Counted from the stretch's first letter, positions 20,129-31,234 are shown. The stretch: 34,814 nucleotides of DNA from Chloroflexota bacterium (GCA_005880605.1 VBIS01000028.1:1-34814), one strand, 5' to 3'. Translations and numbers: made by a program. Notes: generated from the letters alone by a model not told the origin.

Positions 20129-21165
20129 TGGTTACCGGTTCTGCCGATGCCGCGCCGGTGCTCCGGTTGGAGCAGCTGCGGACCTACTTTGCCACCGGCG
20201 ATGGGATGGTCAAGGCGGTGGATGGCATCGACCTCCAGGTGCGGCCGGGGCGCACGCTGGGGGTGGTTGGTGAATCCGGATGCGGCAAGACGGTGACGGC
20301 GCTGTCCATCATGCGCCTCCTGCCGAGAACCGGACACATCGTAGGCGGCCGCATTCTGTTAGGAGGGCGCGACCTCGTACAAGCCGGTGAGGACGAAATG
20401 CGCGAACTCCGCGGCAACGCGGTCTCGATGATCTTCCAGGAGCCGATGACGTCGCTGAACCCGGTCTTTACCGTGGGTGACCAGGTGGGTGAGGCGATCC
20501 GGCAGCATCTCGACCTCACGGAGCGCCAGGTACGCGATCGTGTGCTCGAGATGTTCGAACTGGTCGGGATTGCGGATGCGGGCAAGCGGGTCCGCGACTA
20601 TCCCCACCAGATGAGCGGCGGGATGCGCCAGCGGGTGATGATCGCGATGGCGCTCGCCTGCAACCCCGCGGTGTTGATCGCCGATGAGCCGACCACCGCC
20701 CTCGACGTCACCATCCAGGCGCAGATCCTCGAGCTGATGCGGGAACTGCAGCGGCGTAACCGGATGGCAATCATCCTCATCACCCACGACCTCGGCGTCG
20801 TCGCCGAGATGGCTGACGAGGTCGCGGTGATGTACGCCGGCAAGGTCGTCGAGCACGGCAGTGCCGACCAGGTCTTCGATAGTCCCCGTCACCCGTACAC
20901 CCAGGGTCTGCTCGCCTCGATTCCGAGCCTGGCGGCGCGTGGCCGGCCGCTGACGGCCATCACCGGGACCGTCCCACATCCACTGAACCTGCCCCCGGGC
21001 TGTACCTTCGCCCCTCGCTGCCCGCGGGCGTTTGAGCGCTGTCCGACCGCGTTTCCGGCGCGCATGGACCAGGGCGGCGGCCACGAGGTGGCCTGCTACT
21101 TGTACGGCGACCAGGCCGAACCTGCCGCGACCCCCGATGCCGGCCGGGCGCGGCCGGCGCGATGA
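20128..21165 (+). CDS. oppD: Oligopeptide ABC transporter ATP-binding protein
   Basis: [34 protein letters not shown], and intact C-terminal GC..PRC..C..HEVAC. Confidence 0.95.
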   Translation: MVTGSADAAPVLRLEQLRTYFATGDGMVKAVDGIDLQVRPGRTLGVVGESGCGKTVTALSIMRLLPRTGHIVGGRILLGGRDLVQAGEDEMRELRGNAVSMIFQEPMTSLNPVFTVGDQVGEAIRQHLDLTERQVRDRVLEMFELVGIADAGKRVRDYPHQMSGGMRQRVMIAMALACNPAVLIADEPTTALDVTIQAQILELMRELQRRNRMAIILITHDLGVVAEMADEVAVMYAGKVVEHGSADQVFDSPRHPYTQGLLASIPSLAARGRPLTAITGTVPHPLNLPPGCTFAPRCPRAFERCPTAFPARMDQGGGHEVACYLYGDQAEPAATPDAGRARPAR

Positions 21166-22010
21166 GCGCGCTGCTGGAAGTCTCCGACCTCGTCAAGTAT
21201 TTCCCGGTCCACGGTGGGTTCTTCCAGCGTAAGGTCGCTGATGTCAAGGCGGTCGACGGCATCTCGTTCAGCATCAAGGCGGGCGAGGTGCTCGGGTTGG
21301 TGGGCGAAAGCGGCTGCGGCAAAACCACGACCGGTCGCCTGCTGCTGCGGCTGATCGAGCCCACGCGGGGGCAGATCAAGTTCGACGGCCGGGATGTGCT
21401 CGCGATGCGGCCGCGCGAGCTCAAGGCCGCCCGCGCCGAGATGCAAATCGTCTTTCAAGACCCCTACGCGTCGCTCGACCCGCGCCTGCCGATCAGCGAG
21501 ATCGTGGGCGAGGGACTGAGCAACCACGGGATGAAGAACCGGCGCCAGCGCGAAGAGGCGGTGGCCGAAATCCTGGAGAAAGTCGGGCTTCGCCGCTTCT
21601 ACGTCAATCGCTATCCCCACGAGTTCAGCGGCGGGCAGCGGCAGCGGATCGGCCTGGCGCGGGCGCTGGTGCTCCGGCCCAAGTTCGTGGTCGCCGACGA
21701 ACCGGTGTCCGCGCTCGATGTGTCGATTCAATCGCAGGTGCTCAACCTGATGGCTGAGCTGAAAGCCGAGTTCGGCCTGACCTACCTCTTCATCTCGCAC
21801 AACCTGGGCGTGGTGCAGCACGTCAGCGACCGCGTCGCCGTCATGTACCTGGGAAAGATCGTCGAGCTGGCGGACAGCGAGGACCTCTATCGGAGTCCGC
21901 AACATCCTTACACCCAGGCGCTCCTCTCGGCGGTGCCATCGCCAAACCGCCATGAGCCGCCGCTCGAGTCCAAGGCCGCCGGCCACTGGGCCGCCTGCCA
22001 CTTCGCGTAA
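21162..22010 (+). CDS. oppF: Oligopeptide ABC transporter ATP-binding protein (C-terminal domain internally shortened)
   Basis: [34 protein letters not shown]; lacks the PSPxNPPxGC..RC..C segment. Confidence 0.93.
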   Translation: MSALLEVSDLVKYFPVHGGFFQRKVADVKAVDGISFSIKAGEVLGLVGESGCGKTTTGRLLLRLIEPTRGQIKFDGRDVLAMRPRELKAARAEMQIVFQDPYASLDPRLPISEIVGEGLSNHGMKNRRQREEAVAEILEKVGLRRFYVNRYPHEFSGGQRQRIGLARALVLRPKFVVADEPVSALDVSIQSQVLNLMAELKAEFGLTYLFISHNLGVVQHVSDRVAVMYLGKIVELADSEDLYRSPQHPYTQALLSAVPSPNRHEPPLESKAAGHWAACHFA

Positions 22011-22023
22011 CCATCGCAGTCGC

Positions 22024-22029
22024 TAGTCT
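22024..22029 (+). promoter_or_regulatory. Putative -10 TAGTCT, leaderless tldD transcript
   Basis: Exactly 6 nt before ATG 22036, with no SD. Confidence 0.5.
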
Positions 22030-22035
22030 TGTCCC

Positions 22036-23478
22036 ATGAAGGATTTGGCTGAAGCGGCGCTCAACGCCGCCCAGGTGAAGGGTGCGGGCTATGCCGACGT
22101 TCGCCTCGATGAACACGTGCAGCAGGACATCGTCGTCAAGAATGGGCAGCTGGCCGCGGTGTCCGACGATGCCAGCGAGGGGTTTGGCGTGCGCGTCCTG
22201 GTGGATGGCGCCTGGGGCTTTGCCGGCAGCGCTCGGCTAAATAAAAACGAAATCGACGAAGTCGTCGATCGCGCCATCCGGATCGCGCGGGCGAGTGCTC
22301 GTGTCCGCTCGGTGCCGGTCGACCTGGGGCCGCCCGTGACCTCGCGCGGTCGCTACCGGACGCCGCTCGAGCGTGACCCATTCAGCGTGCCGCTCAGCGA
22401 AAAGGTCGACCTGCTGCTGCGGGCCGATGCGGCCATGGGTGCGGTCAAGGGCGTGGGCATTCGCGAGGGATCGATGGAATTCCTTCGGCAGCGCAAGCTG
22501 TTCGCCTCGACCGAGGGCGCCTTCATCGAGCAGGAGCTGTTCGAGAGCGGCGCCGGCATCGAGGCGACCGCCACCTCACCGGACGAGGTGCAGAACCGCT
22601 CCTATCCGAACTCCTTTGGCCGCCACCAGGGCTCCGGCGGCTACGAGTACATCACCGCGATGCAGCTCGACCGTCACGGCGGCCGGATCGCAGAAGAGTC
22701 CGTGGCGCTGCTGAGCGCGCCCCAGTGTCCGAGCGGGGTCAAGACGCTCATTCTCGATGCCAGCCAGACGGCGCTGCAGATCCATGAGTCATGCGGTCAT
22801 CCCACCGAGCTCGATCGCGTCTTCGGCATGGAGGCGGCCTATGCGGGGACCAGCTTCATGACGCCCGACAAACTGAATCACCTCCAGTACGGCTCGCCGC
22901 AGGTGACGATCACCGCGGATGCCCTCACCCCCACCGGCCTCGGCACCTTCGGTTGGGACGACGAGGGCGTGCCCGCCCAGCAATCGTTCCTGATCAAGGA
23001 AGGGCTCTTCGTCGGCTACCTCACCTCCCGTGAAACCGCCAGCGTCCTGGGGCAGCAGAGTAACGGCACGATGCGCGCGGATGGTTGGAACCGCATTCCA
23101 TTGATCCGGATGACCAACGTCAACCTGCAGCCGGGTGACTCGTCGCTGGAGCAGATGATCGCGGAAACCAAAGACGGTGTCTACATGGAGACCAACCGCA
23201 GCTGGAGCATCGACGACAAGCGCCTCAACTTCCAGTTCGGCACCCAGCTGGCCTACGAGATCGTCAACGGCAAGCGTGGCCGGTTGCTCAAGAACGCGAC
23301 CTACGCCGGCATCACGCCCGAGTTCTGGAACTCCTGCGACGCGGTCGCCGGCCGTAGCGAATGGAAAGTCTGGGGCCTGGCCAACTGCGGCAAAGGACAG
23401 CCGCCACAGACGGCTCACGTCGCGCACGGTGCGGCGCCGGCGCGCTTCCAGCACGTCAAGGTTGGCATCCTGAAATGA
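22036..23478 (+). CDS. tldD: TldD metalloprotease (catalytic subunit)
   Basis: GFGVRVLVDGAWGFA, zinc motif HESCGH, GWDDEG, PLIRMTN, CGKGQP. Confidence 0.93.
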   Translation: MKDLAEAALNAAQVKGAGYADVRLDEHVQQDIVVKNGQLAAVSDDASEGFGVRVLVDGAWGFAGSARLNKNEIDEVVDRAIRIARASARVRSVPVDLGPPVTSRGRYRTPLERDPFSVPLSEKVDLLLRADAAMGAVKGVGIREGSMEFLRQRKLFASTEGAFIEQELFESGAGIEATATSPDEVQNRSYPNSFGRHQGSGGYEYITAMQLDRHGGRIAEESVALLSAPQCPSGVKTLILDASQTALQIHESCGHPTELDRVFGMEAAYAGTSFMTPDKLNHLQYGSPQVTITADALTPTGLGTFGWDDEGVPAQQSFLIKEGLFVGYLTSRETASVLGQQSNGTMRADGWNRIPLIRMTNVNLQPGDSSLEQMIAETKDGVYMETNRSWSIDDKRLNFQFGTQLAYEIVNGKRGRLLKNATYAGITPEFWNSCDAVAGRSEWKVWGLANCGKGQPPQTAHVAHGAAPARFQHVKVGILK

Positions 23479-24818
23479 AGAGCATGAAGGCGGCGCGCCT
23501 CACCGAGGAGGCCGAAGTCAAGGAGTTCATCGACCGGTTGCTGCAGGCGTCGCGCGCGGCGCAGACCGAGGTTATGGTCACGGAGTGGGACAGTGCGCTC
23601 ACCCGCTTCGCCAACAACGGCATCCACCAGAACGTGGCCGAGCGAGACGTGAGCGTGCGGGTGCGGGTGGTCAAGGATGGTAAGACCGGGGTGGCGACCA
23701 TCAACCAGATGAACGAGGCGGCCGCCACCGATGTCCTCAAGCGAGCCATCGCCATTGCCGACCTGCAACCGGAGGGGGAGGTCGTTCCCATGCCCGGGCC
23801 GGCGAAAAGCAAGCCGGTCGAGGCCTGGTCCGACGCGACCGCGGCGGCGACGCCGGAGGAGCGCGCCGACTTCGTCGAGACCATCTGCGCGAAAGCGAAA
23901 CGGGCCGGACTCCAGGCATTCGGGGCTTTCAGTACCGGGGCCGAGCAGCTGGCCATCGCCAACTCACTCGGCGTCTATCACTACCATCGATCGACCGAGG
24001 CCACCATCAACTCAGTCGTCATGGGTGAGGCAGGTTCGGGCTACGCCGATCGGGGCGCCGTCGACGTCCGGGAGCTGGACAAGGACGAGCTGGCCAACGA
24101 GGTCATCGACAAGACGCAGCGCAACCAGAATGCGCAGCCCATCGAGCCAGGGGTCTACGAGGTCGTGCTCGAGGAATACGCCGTCGCCGAGATGCTGGAG
24201 TTCATGAGCTATACCGGGTTCAGCGCGCTCGCCGTGGAAGAGGATCGCAGCTTCATGCGGCTGGGAGAGCGCATCACCGGCGAGCAGGTCACCATCTGGG
24301 ATGACGGTCTCGATGCTTCGGGCCTCCCGGCGCCCTTCGACTTCGAAGGTGTGCCCAAGCAACGAGTCGACCTGATCAACAAGGGCGTCGCCACCGCTGT
24401 CGTCTACGACATGATGACGGCCGCCAAAGAAGGCCGCCGGTCGACGGGCCATGGCCTGCCGGCGCCGAACACGGAAGGCCCCTACGCCGTCAACCTCTTC
24501 ATGCAACCGGGCTCGGTCGCGAAGCCCGATCTCATCTCAGGGATCAAACGCGGCATCTGGGTCACCCGCTTCTGGTACGTGCGGATCGTGCACCCCAAGC
24601 TCTCGATCATCACCGGGATGACCCGTGATGGTACGTTCCTGATCGAAAACGGCAAGATCACCCGACCGGTCAAGGATCTTCGCTTCACCCAGAGCATGCT
24701 GGAGGCCCTGAACGGAACGCTCGCCGCCGGCAAGACAACCAAGCTGCAGATCGGAGAGTTCATCGGCGCCTCGCGGGTCCCGGCGCTTCACCTCAAAGCA
24801 TTTACCTTCACCAGTTGA
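23475..24818 (+). CDS. tldE: TldE/PmbA family protein (non-catalytic partner)
   Basis: TRFANNGIHQN, PFDFEG, STGHG, TGMTRDGTFLIENGKI; no HExxH motif; ATGA-coupled to tldD. Confidence 0.88.
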   Translation: MKSMKAARLTEEAEVKEFIDRLLQASRAAQTEVMVTEWDSALTRFANNGIHQNVAERDVSVRVRVVKDGKTGVATINQMNEAAATDVLKRAIAIADLQPEGEVVPMPGPAKSKPVEAWSDATAAATPEERADFVETICAKAKRAGLQAFGAFSTGAEQLAIANSLGVYHYHRSTEATINSVVMGEAGSGYADRGAVDVRELDKDELANEVIDKTQRNQNAQPIEPGVYEVVLEEYAVAEMLEFMSYTGFSALAVEEDRSFMRLGERITGEQVTIWDDGLDASGLPAPFDFEGVPKQRVDLINKGVATAVVYDMMTAAKEGRRSTGHGLPAPNTEGPYAVNLFMQPGSVAKPDLISGIKRGIWVTRFWYVRIVHPKLSIITGMTRDGTFLIENGKITRPVKDLRFTQSMLEALNGTLAAGKTTKLQIGEFIGASRVPALHLKAFTFTS

Positions 24819-25540
24819 GCCGCTACCCGCTCGTCGGTCTGCCCACGCTAGCGATCCCGCCGGGTCCCAAGCCGCCCCGCTTCGGGATCAACCAGAGTTA
24901 TGTACGAGCGCTTACGGCCGCCGGCTGCGCTCCCATCCTCATCCCGATCTTCGAAGACGACGATCGGCTGCGGGCCATCTACGAGCGACTCGATGGGATC
25001 GTCTTCCCCGGCGGCGCCGACGTCGCGCCCGAAGAGTACGGCGAAGCGCCGATCGACAACCTCAATGTCGTCGAGCCGCCGCGTGACCGGACCGAGCTGA
25101 CTCTCGCACGCTGGGCGTTTGCCGACGACCTGCCCACGCTCGGCATCTGCCGCGGGCAGCAACTTCTCAACGTCGCCCTTGGTGGCAGCCTTTACCAGGA
25201 TCTCCGCCACCAGAGGGTTACGACGGTCGAGCATTCGGACGCGGATGGCCGAGCACGCAACGCGCTGCTGCATCGGGTGCGCCTCGACCCCGGCTCGCGG
25301 CTAGCGCAGCTGATCGACGAAACCAGCATCGAGGTCAACAGCCTTCATCACCAGGCCGTCAAAGACATTGCCGCGCCGCTAACCACGACCGGGACGTCCG
25401 ACGATGGCGTGATCGAAGCGCTCGAGTCACGCGATCGGCGCTTCCTGATCGCGGTGCAGTGGCATCCCGAGGAGATCGATGACCTGCCCTGGGTTCAACG
25501 TTTGTTCGCCGGATTCGCTCGGGCGGCTTCCGGCGAGTAG
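24815..25540 (+). CDS. Peptidase C26 / gamma-glutamyl-gamma-aminobutyrate hydrolase (PuuD-like class I glutamine amidotransferase)
   Basis: FPGGADVAP, LGICRGQQLLNVALGG, VNSLHHQ, VQWHPE (Cys-His-Glu triad). Confidence 0.92.
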   Translation: MSRYPLVGLPTLAIPPGPKPPRFGINQSYVRALTAAGCAPILIPIFEDDDRLRAIYERLDGIVFPGGADVAPEEYGEAPIDNLNVVEPPRDRTELTLARWAFADDLPTLGICRGQQLLNVALGGSLYQDLRHQRVTTVEHSDADGRARNALLHRVRLDPGSRLAQLIDETSIEVNSLHHQAVKDIAAPLTTTGTSDDGVIEALESRDRRFLIAVQWHPEEIDDLPWVQRLFAGFARAASGE

Positions 25541-25930
25541 TCAGCTCTGGCTGGCGGCCTCCTTCAGCCAGGGAAGGGCGACCCCAAGCGGTCCGACCAG
25601 GAGTCCAAACTGCTCCGCATCCAAGCGGCGACGCGCGGCGATGGCGGTTGCCGCATCGCCGACGGCCCACCATGTCGGACTCTGTGGTGGATCTCCTGCG
25701 CGCTCGGCGGCGGCATCGAAGATTTGACGGTAGGAATCACCGCCGAGTGCCGCTAACGCTTGGCGACGGGCGGCTTCAACCTTCGGCTGCGACGCGCTCC
25801 AGGCCTGCTGCTGCCGCTTGCTGATGAGGGCCCTCGCCGGATCGCTCAGCCCGAGCAATCCCTGGTAGAAGCGATCTACCAGGGATCCGCTCGTCGCCGA
25901 ATCGCCGTCCTTGACAAAGGCCCGGCTCAT
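25541..25930 (-). CDS. Hypothetical helical protein, downstream of lon
   Basis: 129-aa ORF starting 10 nt after the lon stop and exactly abutting the convergent gene. Confidence 0.75.
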   Translation of the reverse strand: MSRAFVKDGDSATSGSLVDRFYQGLLGLSDPARALISKRQQQAWSASQPKVEAARRQALAALGGDSYRQIFDAAAERAGDPPQSPTWWAVGDAATAIAARRRLDAEQFGLLVGPLGVALPWLKEAASQS

Positions 25931-25940
25931 CAGAATCTGC

Positions 25941-28277
25941 TTAGGCGGCCTTCGTCAGCGGCTCGCTCTTCGGTTCCAGGGCCCAGTCGAGCACCTGGCG
26001 GACGTCCTTGGCGAGGTGGATCGTCATCGCATCCCGGACGCTCTGCGGGAGGTCATCCAGGTCCGCCTCGTTTCGATACGGCAGGATGACTTCGGTCAGC
26101 CCGGCGCGGTGCGCGGCCAACAGCTTCTGCTTGACGCCGCCGATTGGCAGCACCTTGCCCTGCAGCGTGACCTCGCCGGTCATGCCGACCGTCGGTCGCA
26201 CCGGTCGCCCGCTGAACAGGCTGACCAGCGCCGTCACCATCGTGACGCCCGCTGACGGCCCGTCCTTGGGAACGGCGCCAGCCGGGACGTGGACGTGGAT
26301 CGCCTTCTCCTCGAAGCCGGGCGCGATGCCCAGCTCGGTCGCGTGCGAGCGCACGTAGGACAGTCCGATCTGCGCCGATTCCTTCATGACGTCGCCCAGC
26401 TGACCGGTCAGGGTGAGCCCCTTCTGGCCATCCATGGCGGCGGCCTCGAGGAAGAGCACCTCGCCGCCGATGCCGGTCACGGCCAGGCCGGTCGCGACCC
26501 CGGGCACGGAGGTCCGCTCGGCGACTTCTTCATGGAACTTCGCCCGGCCAAGGTACTTCGTCACATCGTCGCCCTGCACCTGAATCGGCGCCGTCACCTT
26601 ACCGGCTTCGATCTGGGTCGCGACCTTGCGGAGCAACCGCCCGAGCTCGCGCTCCAGGTTACGCACGCCGGCTTCACGTGTGTGCTCGACGATGATGCGC
26701 CGGATGGCGTCATCGCTGACGACCACCTCTTCGGCCGTGAGCCCGTTGCGGTTCAGCTGGCGACCAAGTAGGTGATCCCGCCCGATCGCGAGCTTCTCCT
26801 CTTCCGTGTAGCCATCCAGCCGGATGATTTCCATCCGGTCGAGCAGCGGCCCGGGGATGGTGTCGGCGACGTTGGCCGTCGGGATGAACAGGACTTCCGA
26901 GAGGTCGAGGTCGACTTCCAGGTAGTGGTCGCGGAACGAATGGTTCTGCGCCGGGTCGAGGACTTCGAGCAGTGCCGACGAGGGGTCACCTCGATAATCG
27001 CTGCCGACCTTGTCGATCTCGTCGAGCATGATCACCGGGTTTTTCGTGCCCGCCTCTTTGAGCGCGCGCGCGATCCGTCCGGGCAGCGCGCCGACATAGG
27101 TGCGCCGATGACCACGGATTTCGGCTTCATCATGGATGCCGCCGAGCGAGATCCGAGTGAACTTGCGGCCGAGGGCCCGTGCGACCGACTCCCCGAGTGA
27201 GGTCTTGCCCACGCCGGGCGGCCCCACGAGCGTGATGATCGCGCCCGAGCCGCGGCCGCCGGCCAGCGCCAGCCCGCGGGAATCACGCCGCTTGCGAACG
27301 GCGAGGAACTCGATGATGCGATCCTTGACGTCGTCCAGACCGGTGTGGTCATCGTCGAGGACACGCCGTGCCTCGGCGACGTCGAACTGGTCGGGGGTGC
27401 GCTTGTTCCAGGGCATGTCGAGCATCCAGTCCAGGTAGTTGCGGATCCATCCGGCCTCTGGGTTCTGGTCACTGGTCCGTTCCAGGCGGTCGAGCTCGCG
27501 CTCAACCTCTTTGCGGACGGCTTCAGGCATGCCTGCCTCGTCGATCTTCTTGCGGTAGTCGGCGGCGACGTCCGAGTCGCCCTCGCCGAGCTCCTTCTTG
27601 ATGGCGTCCATCTGCTGCCGCAGGAGGAACTCGCGCTGGCGCTTCTCCATCCCCTCCGCGACATCGCTGCGGATCTTGTTCTTCAACGATGCGTCGGCGA
27701 GAGTGTCGCGCGTCCAGGCGATCAGCTTCTTCAGCCGCTGCTCGACGTCGAGCGTCTCGAGGATCTCTACCTTCTTCTCGAGGGAAAGGTCGGGCGAATA
27801 ACCCGCCAGGTCGGACAGCTGGGCGGGGCGGTCGATGTTCCTGACCATCTGGAACACCTCGCTCTGATCGCGAAGCTCCAGCAGGTTCTCAATCAAGGCC
27901 TTGTACTCGCGGGCGAGGACGTGCGACGTCTCCGTCAGCGGGTTGACCTCCTGCGCCGGCTGGGCGAGCACCCGCAGGGCCGGGCCGGTGCCCGCGGCGG
28001 CGCTGCCGACCGAGGCACGATGCAGCCCCTGCAGGATGGCGACCTCGACGCCGTTAGGCAGCTTCCGGGAATCCTCGATCTTGGCGACCGTGCCGATGCT
28101 GGCGTACTTGCCTTCGACCCGAGGAACGAGCAGGACCAGGCCGTCGCCCTCTCGCGCGGCGGCGATGGCGGCCCCCGCCTCCTCGCGCTCGACGGGGATG
28201 GTGACGACCATACCGGGTAGTACCACCGCGTTGTTGAGCGGCAGCAGGGGGATGAATTCAGTTTTAAGTTCAGGCAT
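25941..28277 (-). CDS. lon: ATP-dependent Lon protease
   Basis: LON_N domain, GPPGVGKT, RGHRRTYVGALPG, LDEIDK, catalytic PKDGPSAG and IGGVKQK. Confidence 0.97.
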   Translation of the reverse strand: MPELKTEFIPLLPLNNAVVLPGMVVTIPVEREEAGAAIAAAREGDGLVLLVPRVEGKYASIGTVAKIEDSRKLPNGVEVAILQGLHRASVGSAAAGTGPALRVLAQPAQEVNPLTETSHVLAREYKALIENLLELRDQSEVFQMVRNIDRPAQLSDLAGYSPDLSLEKKVEILETLDVEQRLKKLIAWTRDTLADASLKNKIRSDVAEGMEKRQREFLLRQQMDAIKKELGEGDSDVAADYRKKIDEAGMPEAVRKEVERELDRLERTSDQNPEAGWIRNYLDWMLDMPWNKRTPDQFDVAEARRVLDDDHTGLDDVKDRIIEFLAVRKRRDSRGLALAGGRGSGAIITLVGPPGVGKTSLGESVARALGRKFTRISLGGIHDEAEIRGHRRTYVGALPGRIARALKEAGTKNPVIMLDEIDKVGSDYRGDPSSALLEVLDPAQNHSFRDHYLEVDLDLSEVLFIPTANVADTIPGPLLDRMEIIRLDGYTEEEKLAIGRDHLLGRQLNRNGLTAEEVVVSDDAIRRIIVEHTREAGVRNLERELGRLLRKVATQIEAGKVTAPIQVQGDDVTKYLGRAKFHEEVAERTSVPGVATGLAVTGIGGEVLFLEAAAMDGQKGLTLTGQLGDVMKESAQIGLSYVRSHATELGIAPGFEEKAIHVHVPAGAVPKDGPSAGVTMVTALVSLFSGRPVRPTVGMTGEVTLQGKVLPIGGVKQKLLAAHRAGLTEVILPYRNEADLDDLPQSVRDAMTIHLAKDVRQVLDWALEPKSEPLTKAA

Positions 28278-28282
28278 TGCTT

Positions 28283-28918
28283 CTACTTCTCCTTAGTGTT
28301 CTCGTCAGGAACAACCTGCGAGACCTTAGGTTTATGCCCAAAACCGGCACCGCCAAACGAAAGCGACCGGATGACGTCCTCGATACTGGCCGCAACTACC
28401 TCGGGAGGCCGTGCCCCATCGATCACCTTGAGCTTGCCCTGATCGTTGTAGTACCTGATCAGGGGGGCGGTCCGGTCGAGGAAGACGTCCAGGCGATGGT
28501 CGACGATCCCCTCGAGGTCGTCGCTGCGGTGGCGCTGGCCGAGGCGCTCCTTGACCGCCTGCGGGTCGAGCTGCAAATAGAGGACGGCATCCAGGGGCCG
28601 GTCGAGCGCCGTCAGCATGCTGTCCAGCGCCTGCGCCTGGGGAACGGTCCGGGGGAACCCATCGAGGATGAAGCCCTGCTGGGTATCAGGGTCCAGGAGC
28701 CGGTGCTGGATCAGGTCGACCACCAGGCCGTCCGGCACCAGCTCGCCGCGGTCGAGGTAGGCCCTGACCCGCTTTCCCAGCGGGGTCCCGCTCGCCACCT
28801 GGGCCCGCAGGATGTCCCCGGTCGCGATCGCCGGGATCCCGTACTTCTCGGATAGCATCGCCGCCTGGGTCCCTTTGCCAGATCCCGGTGGCCCCAGCAG
28901 AACGAGATCCAACGCCAC
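28283..28918 (-). CDS. adk: Adenylate kinase, short-LID type
   Basis: LLGPPGSGKGTQA, TGDILR, GELVPD, GFILDGFPRT, RxDD with short LID. Confidence 0.9.
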   Translation of the reverse strand: MALDLVLLGPPGSGKGTQAAMLSEKYGIPAIATGDILRAQVASGTPLGKRVRAYLDRGELVPDGLVVDLIQHRLLDPDTQQGFILDGFPRTVPQAQALDSMLTALDRPLDAVLYLQLDPQAVKERLGQRHRSDDLEGIVDHRLDVFLDRTAPLIRYYNDQGKLKVIDGARPPEVVAASIEDVIRSLSFGGAGFGHKPKVSQVVPDENTKEK

Positions 28919-28951
28919 GCCTCCATGATGCGCCCCGGCGCAACTGGGGGA

Positions 28952-29677
28952 TCAGCAGGGGAAGCCGATCGGCTCCGAATACGCGGTGGCGGCTTGGTCC
29001 TCTCGGATGTACCCGACGTGCACCATTTGGGCCAGCACGTTGAACTGGCGCGCCCGGGCGGAACACGGGTTTCGATAGAGGTCGTAGTAGGAGGGCGACT
29101 GGGGGAGGCCGGCCAGCATGGAGGCGCGCGCCAGGTCGAGCGTTGCCGGCGCCCGGTGGAAATAGACGGTTGACGCCTGCCCGATCCCATAGGCGCCGTG
29201 CCCGTAGTAGACGGCGTTCAAATAGTTCTCCAGGATCGTGTGCTTGCTGAACTTCGACTCCAGCTTCAAGGCCAGCACCAGGTTCTCCGGCTTCCGCCAG
29301 CCGTCGTCATCATTGTTCATGTACAGCACCTTGATCAGCTGCTGCGTCAGGGTGCTGCCGCCTTCGAGCGCCCGATGGTGATACAGGTCGGTCAGCGTGG
29401 CGCGCACCAATCCCTGGGTGTCGATGCCTCGATGCTGGTAGAAGCGCTCGTCCTCGATGGCGATCAGCGCCTCGCTCAATTGGTCGGGGACGTCATTGAG
29501 GGCGACCCGGGTCCCACCGTGCTTGGCGAGGATCGCCTCGACCCGATGGGGCATGTCGTCGACGGAGGGAGTGATGACGAAGCCGACGGCGACGGCGATG
29601 CCAAACAGGGCCGGTAGGCCCAGGGCCACCGCGACGACCACGGCGACCACCGACTGCCGTCGGGTGCGCCGGGGCAT
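28952..29677 (-). CDS. Monofunctional peptidoglycan glycosyltransferase (GT51, no transpeptidase domain)
   Basis: N-terminal TM; IEDERFYQHRGID, GGSTLTQQLIK, RKPE, ILENYLN.VYYG, LAGLPQSPS. Start ATG 29677 (or 29689). Confidence 0.92.
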   Translation of the reverse strand: MPRRTRRQSVVAVVVAVALGLPALFGIAVAVGFVITPSVDDMPHRVEAILAKHGGTRVALNDVPDQLSEALIAIEDERFYQHRGIDTQGLVRATLTDLYHHRALEGGSTLTQQLIKVLYMNNDDDGWRKPENLVLALKLESKFSKHTILENYLNAVYYGHGAYGIGQASTVYFHRAPATLDLARASMLAGLPQSPSYYDLYRNPCSARARQFNVLAQMVHVGYIREDQAATAYSEPIGFPC

Positions 29678-29687
29678 TGCGGGATGC

Positions 29688-29693
29688 ATTCTA
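29688..29693 (-). promoter_or_regulatory. Putative -10 TAGAAT for the transglycosylase gene
   Basis: Lies 10 nt upstream of ATG 29677. Confidence 0.5.
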
Positions 29694-29729
29694 TCGGCGC
29701 GCCGGGACGGAATTGCCTAAAGGGCGCAG

Positions 29730-29735
29730 TAAAAT
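29730..29735 (+). promoter_or_regulatory. Putative -10 TAAAAT, leaderless pdxS transcript
   Basis: Exactly 6 nt before GTG 29742, with no SD. Confidence 0.55.
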
Positions 29736-29741
29736 GGGATC

Positions 29742-30646
<905 letters not shown>

Positions 30647-30650
<4 letters not shown>

Positions 30651-31234
30651 GTACCAGACGCCGCGTCGGCGTCCTCGCGCTGCAGGGGGATTTTCGGGAA
30701 CACCTGGCGGCGCTGCGGGCCACCGAGGTCGAAGGCGTGCCGGTCCGGCTCGCGACTGATCTTGAAAACGTCGACGCCCTCATCCTGCCCGGCGGAGAAA
30801 GTACCACGATGGCTCGATTGATGGAACCCGCCTTGCGCGACTCGATCCAGCGTCGGGTCGCCGCCGGCATGCCGGTGATGGGAACCTGCGCCGGGATGAT
30901 CCTGATGGCCCGGGACGTCACGGACGGCCGGGTGGACCAGGAACCGCTGCAGCTGATGGACATCGGGGTGAGGCGCAACGCCTATGGCCGGCAGATCGAT
31001 AGCTTCGAGGCCGAGGTCGAGTCCCACGCCATCGGCGGCGTGGGACCTGCGGTTTTTATCCGCGCTCCGCAACTGGTCCAGCACGGCGACAGCGTCGAGG
31101 AGCTGGCGCGCCACGGCGATCAGGTGGTGGCCGTCAGGCAAGGCAACCGGCTGGCGCTCGCCTTCCATCCAGAGTTGACGCCGGACCGGCGATGGCACCA
31201 GTACTTTCTGACCTTCAACGGGGAGAAGCGGTGA
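30647..31234 (+). CDS. pdxT: PLP synthase glutaminase subunit
   Basis: [41 protein letters not shown]. Confidence 0.96.

Noticed and set aside
22036-24818. tldD/tldE as part of a RiPP biosynthetic cluster
   Set aside because: No precursor peptide, YcaO, radical SAM enzyme or exporter nearby.
28480-28570. Missing LID in adk as a fifth deletion
   Set aside because: Short-LID adenylate kinases are a normal natural class and the R..R.DD spacing is intact.
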